Source: a virus
Lineage: Duplodnaviria; Caudoviricetes
Strand: one strand, 5' to 3'
IMG/VR virus record: IMGVR_UViG_3300028833_000064
Location: 121,389-185,388 of that record
Length of the DNA stretch: 64,000 nt
The notes beneath the pieces were generated by a model. It saw only the letters and a program-made list of their open reading frames with translations. It did no database searches and was not told the origin of the DNA. Positions 18,145 to 26,006 of this stretch are shown here, one piece after another (the stretch's first letter is position 1; every line of letters begins with the position of its first letter). The translations under genes were made by a program, and so were the position numbers.

Positions 18145-18655
18145 ACTAAAGTGTGTTGTGAATGCACTTATAGTCTAACACATAACCTATTTCAGTGTAT
18201 TCCAAAGCGAATATCTTTTTCAAATGCCGATAACCTCTCCCCACTATACTGCACATAAACGTATCAAGGGTTATTTAACACTGTGCTGTGTTGAGGTATC
18301 AAACACTATCAAGGACTAACCATTTGTGTGTTTTTCTTCACACCAACATCACTTTAGGGAAACATTCCTCTAACTATTCTTTCCCGTTCTCGGTCGCTTC
18401 CAATTCCGATATTAGGTAGTTGTCTTACATCACCTGAACATCCGGTCGACAACGGGGCGAGCATAAATTTTCCGGATATCTTTTCCAAACTTTCATTGTT
18501 TATAGGAACAACATTTGGGTTTCGGGTTTCACTTATTCAGGCTCCGATTGAGTAATAATAGAGCGTGAACGTGAACATTTCATGTATATAATACTATAAT
18601 TTCTCTGCCTATAACACCTCGGATGAAAATTCCGAGCCCTATTCCTTATAGTATT
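18145..18655 (-). ncRNA. large structured ncRNA candidate (~500 nt)
   Basis: no credible ORF, many hairpins, between tRNAs. Confidence 0.4.
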
Positions 18656-18658
18656 TTG

Positions 18659-18731
18659 TGGACCCACTGGGAATCGAACCCAGACTTAAGGCTTGCAAAG
18701 CCCTCGTGCTTGCCGTTATCACTATAGGCCC
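18659..18731 (-). tRNA. tRNA-Ala(TGC)
   Basis: cloverleaf, G3:U70. Confidence 0.85.
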
Positions 18732-18897
18732 ATATAGAAAGACTTTTTGACACAAATTTCTCAAATCTGACTAAGAGAAGTAACAATGTTTGCATACCAA
18801 GATTCTTTAACCCCCAAAGTGGGATTTTTCAAAATTTGTGCCGGACGGTCTTATCTTCGTCCAAGGGGTACAAACCGGAGAAAATTACCGGAGAAAT

Positions 18898-18957
18898 ACC
18901 GAGGTTAATTGAAACGTTTACTTTATGTATTTGTAAATCGTTGCTGTTTGAATCTTT
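18898..18957 (-). ncRNA. degenerate ACAGCAA-module RNA
   Basis: AAAGATTC-AAACAGCAA; closing stem imperfect. Confidence 0.4.
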
Positions 18958-18971
18958 AACAAACAATATTG

Positions 18972-19043
18972 AGCCGATGGAGGGATTTGAACCCCCGACC
19001 TGATGCTTACAAGGCAACTGCTCTACCCCTGAGCTACATCGGC
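18972..19043 (-). tRNA. tRNA-Thr(TGT)
   Basis: cloverleaf. Confidence 0.9.
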
Positions 19044-19048
19044 ATTTA

Positions 19049-19109
19049 CAAGGTTCACTTTTATGAGTCGAACATAATATAACCAAAAATAGTTGCTGTA
19101 TGAACCTTT
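19049..19109 (-). ncRNA. free-standing ACAGCAA-module RNA carrying a T-arm
   Basis: AAAGGTTCA-TACAGCAA...TTATG-TTCGACT-CATAA..TGAACCTTG. Confidence 0.65.
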
Positions 19110-19224
19110 AATTTAGTGAGCAATGAGCAGTCTCCCACTCAAAACCCAATTTCCTCTTTTGGAAAGCCTGAGAACTTAGGCAAAGTTGTCACCATTACAC
19201 GATAGTTGGACATCGTTGTTCACA

Positions 19225-19938
19225 GTATGTATTTCTACATCCTAGGTGACATGTGCTTCAGTTTTGTGAAAACTGACAAACTCTTACTGCTTGATATCGT
19301 AGATTTCCGTTCTCCACCGACCGTCCTGCATAAGACTTCTGAAGATGCCTCCTCATTGTTCGATGATTACTTGTACTTTCTTGTCTTCAACCTTGCAAGT
19401 CTCCGACACCCCCGTGTTACAGAGGGACAAGCACATTTTCTACCAAACAGTGTCGTGCTCTTTTGCTTTTTTTCAAAAATAAAAAATAATTGAATCTTAG
19501 CCTTTTTGATAACTGTTTTTAGAAAGATGTGGCACGACTTTGGTCATTCCTACCTTTTGAGTAAGACCCAACCAACACCTTTCTATGTTTCATCGTTCCC
19601 CAACGACTCCACATTCTCCGTTTCGTTCCATACAATTTCTCATACAGAACTAATCCTTTGTAATACTTGCAATTGATAGGGAAATCTTTCACAAGTACCT
19701 GCTAAAGACATCTATTGTACTTTCATACTCAAACCAGGTTTTACCCGATTGTCATCTGCTTCATCCTCATCATTTGACATTGGATTTCCCACAGACAACG
19801 TGCCCTAGCACTTTTCAACAGATTGCATCTTTCGATACAACGCCACATCCCGTTTATCTCGGATATGACTTTATCCCATTGCTGGATTATCCTTTGGTCA
19901 AGTCCGAAGACTTAACACTGGTTCTGAAAGCGAACCTT
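19225..19938 (-). ncRNA. very large structured ncRNA, GOLLD-like candidate
   Basis: ~700 nt purine-rich, hairpin-rich, no credible ORF, in a phage tRNA array; family assignment from size/context only. Confidence 0.45.
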
Positions 19939-19943
19939 TTTTG

Positions 19944-20016
19944 TAGCGGGGGGTGGATTCGAACCACCGACCTTCGGGTTATGGGCCCGACGAGCTGGCC
20001 TCTGCTCCACCCCGCT
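19944..20016 (-). tRNA. tRNA-fMet(CAT), initiator-like
   Basis: three consecutive G-C pairs in anticodon stem, GGAGCAG D arm. Confidence 0.85.
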
Positions 20017-20030
20017 ATGTTTCATTTTAG

Positions 20031-20103
20031 CGGGAACAGTAGGGTTCGAACCTACGACCATCACCTTAACAGGGTGCCGCTCTACCAGCTGAGCTATGTT
20101 CCC
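20031..20103 (-). tRNA. tRNA-Asn(GTT)
   Basis: cloverleaf. Confidence 0.9.
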
Positions 20104-20130
20104 AATTACCAATACTTGTTACCAAACTAG

Positions 20131-20208
20131 CGGTACAAGAGGACTCGAACCTCTGGTCTCCAACGTCCGTAAGGTCGTTGACGTTCTTCCCCATTAAACT
20201 ATGCACCT
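20131..20208 (-). ncRNA. atypical tRNA with extended anticodon arm
   Basis: TCAACG-ACCTTACGGA-CGTTGG; D and T arms present. Confidence 0.5.
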
Positions 20209-20267
20209 GGACTTCCTATCATCATTGTGACTTGACCGGTATTCACAACTACTTTCAAAAATCTTAG

Positions 20268-20340
20268 CGGTCCATACGGGACTCGAACCCGTGTCGCCGC
20301 CGTGACAGGGCGGTATGCTAAACCACTACACCAATGGACC
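20268..20340 (-). tRNA. tRNA-Asp(GTC)
   Basis: cloverleaf. Confidence 0.92.
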
Positions 20341-20377
20341 ATTTCTATTTATGAAAAAGTTTTTTTAGGAAATTTTA

Positions 20378-20449
20378 CAAGGTTCACTTTTTTATCTTGG
20401 CATCTGAAATATGGTTCGGATTAGATTTTTTATTGCTGTATGAACCTTT
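20378..20449 (-). ncRNA. free-standing ACAGCAA-module RNA
   Basis: AAAGGTTCA-TACAGCAA...TGAACCTTG. Confidence 0.65.
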
Positions 20450-20458
20450 AAATGTGTA

Positions 20459-20525
20459 CAAGAATCTTTTCCTGAGTCATTCAAAAACACTGAATTTCAT
20501 AGAAATTGTTGCTGTATGATTCTTT
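20459..20525 (-). ncRNA. free-standing ACAGCAA-module RNA
   Basis: AAAGAATC-ATACAGCAA...GATTCTTG. Confidence 0.65.
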
Positions 20526-20618
20526 ATCTACACGATTTCCTTATTTATTATTTTTCCCTAACAATATAAATATAACAAAAAATTCAAGAAATTTTAATTT
20601 TTTTGAATTTTTTTTTTG

Positions 20619-20690
20619 AGCAGATGAGCAGAATCGAACCGCCATCTCCAGCTTGGCAAGCTGATGCACTAACCATTGTGCTACATCTGC
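20619..20690 (-). tRNA. tRNA-Gly(GCC)
   Basis: cloverleaf. Confidence 0.88.
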
Positions 20691-20698
20691 ATAAAAAG

Positions 20699-20785
20699 CG
20701 GAGAGGGAGGGATTCGAACCCCCGGAGGCTGTTACACCCCAACGGTTTTCAAGACCGCCACCATAAGCCACTCGGCCACCTCTCC
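20699..20785 (-). tRNA. tRNA-Ser(TGA)
   Basis: cloverleaf with long variable arm. Confidence 0.9.
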
Positions 20786-20910
20786 AATTGTCGTTTCTGT
20801 CTTTGTTGCAGAAGACTAACGACTGTGTGGAAACTGTCTCCTGACATACGATGCAACTCTACGTATATCTACTGAACGTGATGACAACCACAATCCTTCA
20901 CGTGAATTTG

Positions 20911-21029
20911 TCGGGTGGAGGGGAATCGAACCCACTGTCACGGCTACCAAAAAGCAAAGAACGTATTGCTGCAAGATTCTTTCACAAGAATCAAATAAAT
21001 ACGTGTCCTAACCACTAGACGACCACCCA
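20911..21029 (-). tRNA. tRNA-Gln(TTG) with 46-nt insert at 28/29
   Basis: CG|20956-21001|GCT-TT-TTG-GT-AGCCG; removal gives a 73-nt cloverleaf. Confidence 0.78.
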
Positions 21030-21031
21030 AG

Positions 21032-21118
21032 CGGAGAGGGAGGGATTCGAACCCCCGAGCCCCTTACGGGACTACCGGTTTAGCAAACCGGGGCATTCGG
21101 CCACTCTGCCACCTCTCC
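21032..21118 (-). tRNA. tRNA-Ser(GCT)
   Basis: cloverleaf with long variable arm. Confidence 0.9.
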
Positions 21119-21424
21119 AAATTTGTGTGTCTTAACACGGATTACCACACATTTAATGAAATTTCGGAGTCTCCTTCGGCCGTATCTTCCAGTGCATGTC
21201 CTATCTGATTGGGTTTGAATATGCTCTCAAATACCCACAGAGTCAAAAGACCAACGTATCGCTATCTGACATCGAATAAGACTGTATTCTTATAACCAGC
21301 TTGTACTTTATGTTCCATCCACGTTGGTATCGTAACACAAAGGGAGTTTGTAGTCATTAGCATCGGACAAACCAAACCTTTCCGAAAATTAATCCGATGA
21401 CTGGGAGCGGCCCAGCGATTTTTG

Positions 21425-21497
21425 TGCCATCGAAAGGAGTCGAACCTATATACATTGGGTTTTTAACCCAATCACTCTACCATTGAGTTACGACGAC
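21425..21497 (-). tRNA. atypical tRNA, apparent anticodon AAA (Phe)
   Basis: ATTGGG-TT-AAA-AA-CCCAAT (6-bp stem). Confidence 0.5.
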
Positions 21498-21519
21498 ATT
21501 TACCATCGTTTTGGTACGA

Positions 21520-21850
21520 TGGTGAGAACCTGCCCTTAAAGACATTGGTCTAAACTACCACCGATTAGGCGGCAGCGAGCATCACCATGTTATTGGTGTT
21601 GTTATTGTAGTTGCCATTTACTGACAAGATGAGTCTCTACACCTTTCATACTTATACAGTATCAAATCCAAGTCATCCCCGTGTTACCTTGGCGGTTCGG
21701 TCTCGTATAGACCGCCCAAGGTTGAGTGTTCTGCTATTTGTATCGGACTTACAATTGATACCGAAGTCAGGGCGAACACTGAATAAACTGGTGGAGATGT
21801 TGGGGTTCGAACCCAAGTCTACCATACTTTCCTAAAAGTTTCAAACGAAA
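21520..21850 (-). ncRNA. ssrA: circularly permuted two-piece tmRNA
   Basis: acceptor piece ...GACTTGGGTTCGAACCCCAA-CATCTCC-ACCA (ends 21789) precedes coding piece GGGGATG-ACTTGGATTTGA (starts 21680); tag 21615-21565 GNYNNNTNNMVMLAAA*. Confidence 0.85.
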
Positions 21851-21858
21851 CCCATTTG

Positions 21859-21900
21859 TGATGTCACGGGAATCGAACCCGTCGTTATTCCAAAAACATC
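21859..21900 (-). ncRNA. tRNA minihelix (acceptor stem + T arm only)
   Basis: GATGTT/GACATC-A with ACGGG-TTCGATT-CCCGT. Confidence 0.5.
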
Positions 21901-21941
21901 TGATTCTATTTATGTTTTTTTATTTTCGAAATTTTTTTTAG

Positions 21942-22015
21942 TACTGACGGATGGGCTTGAACCATCGACCCCCATCTTATAAGGATGGTGCTCTAACCGA
22001 CTGAGCTACGTCAGT
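21942..22015 (-). tRNA. tRNA-Ile(TAT)
   Basis: CCATC-CT-TAT-AA-GATGG. Confidence 0.88.
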
Positions 22016-22282
22016 ATTTTGTTGAACATCACACCGGAACTCCCTTTGGTAATTGCTTAATGGATATTCCACTTTATCCATCCAACACTTACTGTGTTGT
22101 TGTTGGTTATCTGTTCCGATTACAAGCAGCACACTTGATGATGTGGAAGAAAAGTCTTACTTTGTTCACGGTTATTTGCCATTCACCATTACTCCAACCG
22201 TACCGACTACCTATCAGCAATCGAGGTTTTACGTCAGTCGTATTGACCCATTTGATAAGACATCCTGTGATTTCCAACATTG

Positions 22283-22356
22283 TGGTCCTGGAGGGACTTG
22301 AACCCCCGACCCGCTGATTATGAGTCAGCCGCTCTAACCAACTGAGCTACAGGACC
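22283..22356 (-). tRNA. tRNA-Ile2/Met(CAT)
   Basis: GCTGA-CT-CAT-AA-TCAGC, Ile2-like body. Confidence 0.85.
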
Positions 22357-22368
22357 GATTATGTTTTG

Positions 22369-22705
22369 TACTCCGAGTGGGACTTGAACCCACACGCCCT
22401 TTCGGGCAACAAATTTTCATACCACACTTACTTTTACATAAGCCATCTACTTGAGATGTTGTAGTCTGGACTATTTCTTAACCATGCCTTTCGGTTTAGG
22501 TCTCCACCTATATAGTCTCTACGCCATTTACACATTTCTGTGCTTTAGAGAGTCATCGCCAAAGATTATGTCACCACAATCGAGGTTTCTGTTTGTTAGG
22601 GCAGATTCTACATCCCAACAATTAATCTTGTTGTTTTCTCTTTTCAGAAATGGATGCACTCTTTTTTATCAAAGTCTGTCGTGTCTACCATTCCACCACC
22701 GGAGC
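22369..22705 (-). tRNA. tRNA-Leu(TAA) with group I intron
   Basis: ACAGA-CT-T|intron|AA-AA-TTTGT; long variable arm. Confidence 0.88.
22418..22671 (-). mobile_element. group I intron (254 nt, no ORF)
   Basis: U| 5' junction, terminal G, GAGACTATA and ATAGTCC P7 elements. Confidence 0.82.
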
Positions 22706-22718
22706 AGATTTACTTAGT

Positions 22719-22836
22719 ACTCAAGTGGGAGTCGAACCCATGGAAATACATCCCCCCAATGACTTTGTTCCCAAGCCACCAAAGCACACGAGTCTGTGTA
22801 CGGGCAGCACGTCGTCCCATTGTCATCACTTGAGTA
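22719..22836 (-). ncRNA. tRNA-like RNA with non-tRNA interior
   Basis: TACTCAAG/CTTGAGTA stem, TGGG-TTCGACT-CCCA T arm. Confidence 0.55.
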
Positions 22837-22839
22837 TCT

Positions 22840-23379
22840 CATCCGTTGTATATTCCGAAGGAATGTCGATGTTTATCCCTTATTATTTTTCCATCGACTC
22901 ACATTCGGGTCGTGATGTTTCCATTCAGAAAACACAACAGACGATTTTGAGAATTTTTCTTCACTCAATCGGATTGGCCTAACCCGAAAAGCAAAGGCGA
23001 CCTTTATAGACATTTAGAGGAATCTTTCATATGGGTTGTACACCCCACCACCTTCTTTCATTTTATTGGTGGTCTCTCCCTCATTTAGTTCGGTCATAAC
23101 ATTCTTCATGGTGAGGTTGATTCTTGGTTTAACGTCTTCCACAAGTCACGGACGTATGGCTTAGGAATGGAATCTCCACTCTACCTCAACATACGGATTG
23201 GATTTCTATGCCCTATAGGGCAAAACCTTAATCCCCTGTGTTTAAACACATATTTTCTCTCTCCTGGGGATACTCGATTTTACGAGTGTACCATTTGAAG
23301 AAGATGACACGATTTGGGTCACATTTCTCATTTACCATCTATAACACCCACATGGGTAGGAAGAGGGTTTGAACCGTCG
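22840..23379 (-). ncRNA. large structured ncRNA candidate (~540 nt)
   Basis: no credible ORF, hairpin-rich. Confidence 0.4.
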
Positions 23380-24219
23380 TCAGATGGTGTAACGGCAATT
23401 CCGGAATGAAGTTTCTTCGTTAAAACCGTGCTTTCTTATTTTCAGGAGATTCTCACTCCATTCTTTTGATTTACGGCCTTGTATAATTTCGTGAAGAAGA
23501 CCCTCTTCTTTTTCGAGTTTCTCCCTTTTTTTCTCTCTCACGGACTTCTTGTAGGCGGAATCACGCTCATATCTTGCCCGTGAGTATTCGGGAGTTTTCT
23601 TTCCGAACTCTATAACTTCACCATCAATGACGGGATGAGCCTTTCGACATAGTTCGACAGGTAAAGGATAGAAAGACACCATTTTCGAAATTTTTTCGTA
23701 CTCTTGTGGCGTTATCGTCTCGGTGAAAAGACGATGTAGTCTGTCCTTTCCAATCTTTTTTTCTAGACTCAAGATTTCAGTCTTGGTGAAGTTCTCCACA
23801 TTAAAGGTATATCCTGTCACAACTCTATTGTCAATGAAAGCTTTTTGCACTTTTTTGTGAAACATTGAGACTCTCTCATTTTTGGTGATATTTCCGACTT
23901 CATCAACAACATATTCGTTGTATTTTGAATGTGGATGTGTAATAGGATAAAGTTCTGAGTGTATCAAGAAATAACCGTCATAACCATATCCGAATTTTTC
24001 ACGGATGTTATGGTTGAGGGTTCGTCGACACTCACCGTAGTTTTCTCCGACATGTTTTTCCCAAAATCTGTTGATATAGGAGAAAACATTACTTCTACGA
24101 CACCACTTCTTCTCATAAAAGTCATAGAAATCACCATTTTTTTTACCGCTGTAACAGAATGTGTCCTTTGTGCAGGATGCATGTTGTACGGATTCTTCGT
24201 TTTTTTTAATTTTTTTCAT
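23380..24219 (-). CDS. basic hypothetical protein in the tRNA island
   Basis: 279 aa ORF, K/R-rich C-terminus. Confidence 0.7.
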   Translation of the reverse strand: MKKIKKNEESVQHASCTKDTFCYSGKKNGDFYDFYEKKWCRRSNVFSYINRFWEKHVGENYGECRRTLNHNIREKFGYGYDGYFLIHSELYPITHPHSKYNEYVVDEVGNITKNERVSMFHKKVQKAFIDNRVVTGYTFNVENFTKTEILSLEKKIGKDRLHRLFTETITPQEYEKISKMVSFYPLPVELCRKAHPVIDGEVIEFGKKTPEYSRARYERDSAYKKSVREKKREKLEKEEGLLHEIIQGRKSKEWSENLLKIRKHGFNEETSFRNCRYTI

Positions 24220-24281
24220 AGTATTTATCCTTAGTGTTATATACTTCGGATAAAACTAGAATTATAAATTTCGTGATTCAT
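24219..24281 (-). promoter_or_regulatory. uORF (MNHEIYNSSFIRSI*) plus start-sequestering hairpin
   Basis: uORF 24281-24237; TAGTTTTATCC pairs with GGATAAATACTA(TG). Confidence 0.5.
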
Positions 24282-24310
24282 TTTTTTTACTTTTTAAACG
24301 TTAATATTTG

Positions 24311-24395
24311 TGCCCAAGGTGGGACTCGAACCCACACCCCCTCAACGAGGACAACATTTTGAGTGTTGAGTGTCTACCAATTCCACCACTTGGAC
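24311..24395 (-). tRNA. tRNA-Leu(CAA)
   Basis: cloverleaf with long variable arm. Confidence 0.9.
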
Positions 24396-24400
24396 ATTTG

Positions 24401-24473
24401 AGCCCCATACCGGATTCGAACCGGCGACCTACTGCTTACGAGGCAGCCGCTCTACCGGCTGAGCTAACGGGGC
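24401..24473 (-). tRNA. tRNA-Thr(CGT)
   Basis: cloverleaf. Confidence 0.9.
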
Positions 24474-24480
24474 AAAAACT

Positions 24481-24578
24481 AGGGAAGTGAATGGGATTGA
24501 ACCCGTATCATCCGACATGCACACGCTCTGAAAGAAGTGCAAGTCTCAGATTTCACCCCCTGACGACCATTATTCCCC
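24481..24578 (-). ncRNA. tRNA-like RNA with long acceptor and long central arm
   Basis: GGGGAA../..TTCCCT ends, GGGTTCAATCCC T arm. Confidence 0.4.
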
Positions 24579-24652
24579 AAAGGTGATTTGTCGTCAATAT
24601 ATCCTTATCTCCAATATGTCAAAGAACTTTTGGAACTTTCGTTCCTCAATTT

Positions 24653-24684
24653 CAAAGATACTATTCTTTTTTGATTTTTTCAAA
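24653..24684 (-). promoter_or_regulatory. Bacteroidota-type promoter driving the tRNA island
   Basis: TTTG-N19-TATCTTTG. Confidence 0.65.
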
Positions 24685-24718
24685 AAGATTGCATCTTTTT
24701 TGAAATCTTTTTTTTTTG

Positions 24719-24793
24719 TACCCCGTACAGGATTCGAACCTGTGACCTATGACTTAGAAGGACATCGCTCTAATCCTACTGAGCTAACGGGGC
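24719..24793 (-). tRNA. tRNA-Arg(TCT)
   Basis: cloverleaf. Confidence 0.88.
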
Positions 24794-24888
24794 ATATTTT
24801 TATCTCATCAGATTAAATATAACAAAAAATCTGAAAAAATTATTTTTTCAATGTACTCTCGTGATTTTCTTTCATGGTTTAAAAGATA

Positions 24889-25251
24889 CTATTTATTTTT
24901 CAAACTATTAAAAAAATTTTCAACTTTTTTATTTATGTCGGGGTTTTCTTGAAGAAGTTTTTTTGAAACAAGCACGTATTCATCACAGTCATATATCTTT
25001 GACTGAGCCTCCCTCCACAACCGTTCCACTTCTTCTTCCGTCTCTCTCACATAGTATCCTTCAACGGGACAATCATCCCAACCTGTATAATATCTCACAT
25101 ATACTTTCCCATCCTTTTGGGTTTTTACTCCGGCGAAATTTTCGGTGTCCTGCCATTCTTCTTCGCCGGTTTTTAAATCATGGACACAAAATGATGTTGT
25201 GTGTACCATATCTACTTCGACTCTTACCTTTTCATCTTTATATATTTCCAT
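24889..25251 (-). CDS. hypothetical protein
   Basis: 120 aa ORF. Confidence 0.65.
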   Translation of the reverse strand: MEIYKDEKVRVEVDMVHTTSFCVHDLKTGEEEWQDTENFAGVKTQKDGKVYVRYYTGWDDCPVEGYYVRETEEEVERLWREAQSKIYDCDEYVLVSKKLLQENPDINKKVENFFNSLKNK

Positions 25252-25270
25252 ATCTTATATTATTTAGTAG

Positions 25271-25343
25271 TGCCAGTATACGGACTCGAACCGTAATCTG
25301 AGCTTTAGGAGAGCCCAGTTCTATCCTGTTGAACTATACCGGC
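25271..25343 (-). tRNA. tRNA-Arg(CCT)
   Basis: cloverleaf. Confidence 0.88.
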
Positions 25344-25350
25344 ATATAAA

Positions 25351-25713
25351 TTAACAAGGAACAATCTTACCAAAATTACCGTCTTGTGCAATAAGAGGTA
25401 TCACAACTTCCATGTGTGAGAACTCACTTTCATCGTTTATATTGTCCCATAACGGGTTTTTCGAAAAAACGAGACAATCACTGCCAGAAGACATATTTCC
25501 AAAAATGATGAGTCTTTCAATTGGAAGTTCACCGTCAATACATGTTTTACATGCTTCAATTTCAGAAAGAACTTTATCAAATTCTCTGATAAATCCCCAT
25601 TCCTGAGACTTGGAATTTTCACTCACGTTATATGTGACGTAAAACCCATAAACATCACGATTTCCCAATTTCTCAAAATCTTTAATTTCTTTTTCTAAAT
25701 AATCTCTTTTCAT
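25351..25713 (-). CDS. hypothetical protein
   Basis: 120 aa ORF. Confidence 0.6.
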   Translation of the reverse strand: MKRDYLEKEIKDFEKLGNRDVYGFYVTYNVSENSKSQEWGFIREFDKVLSEIEACKTCIDGELPIERLIIFGNMSSGSDCLVFSKNPLWDNINDESEFSHMEVVIPLIAQDGNFGKIVPC

Positions 25714-25718
25714 ATTTA

Positions 25719-26006
25719 TTAAATTGAAATATTGATATTTTCTGGAAGTTCAAGAACACAATAACCTAATATTTCAGTATTGTCCCATTCATTTTCTAAA
25801 AAATAGTTATGTGCAAATATTGTAATAGATGGATATATAGAAACATATATAATACGTTCTTTTTCCTCCAAAATCTTATTCCCATAATAGTCAAATTTTT
25901 TTTCCTTAATGTGACAAAGGAAATATTTTCCTTTGTCACGTAGGAAATTTATAGTCTCATTATTTACTCGTTTAGGTTCTTCAAAATATTCAAATTCAAC
26001 TTTCAT
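25719..26006 (-). CDS. hypothetical protein
   Basis: coupled ORF. Confidence 0.55.
   Translation of the reverse strand: MKVEFEYFEEPKRVNNETINFLRDKGKYFLCHIKEKKFDYYGNKILEEKERIIYVSIYPSITIFAHNYFLENEWDNTEILGYCVLELPENINISI

Noticed and set aside
14067-21029. ACAGCAA repeats as a CRISPR array
   Set aside because: Dispersed, irregularly spaced, covarying rather than identical; no cas genes.
24481-24578. tRNA-Sec
   Set aside because: Superficial 5' resemblance only; no UCA anticodon loop in the proper position.
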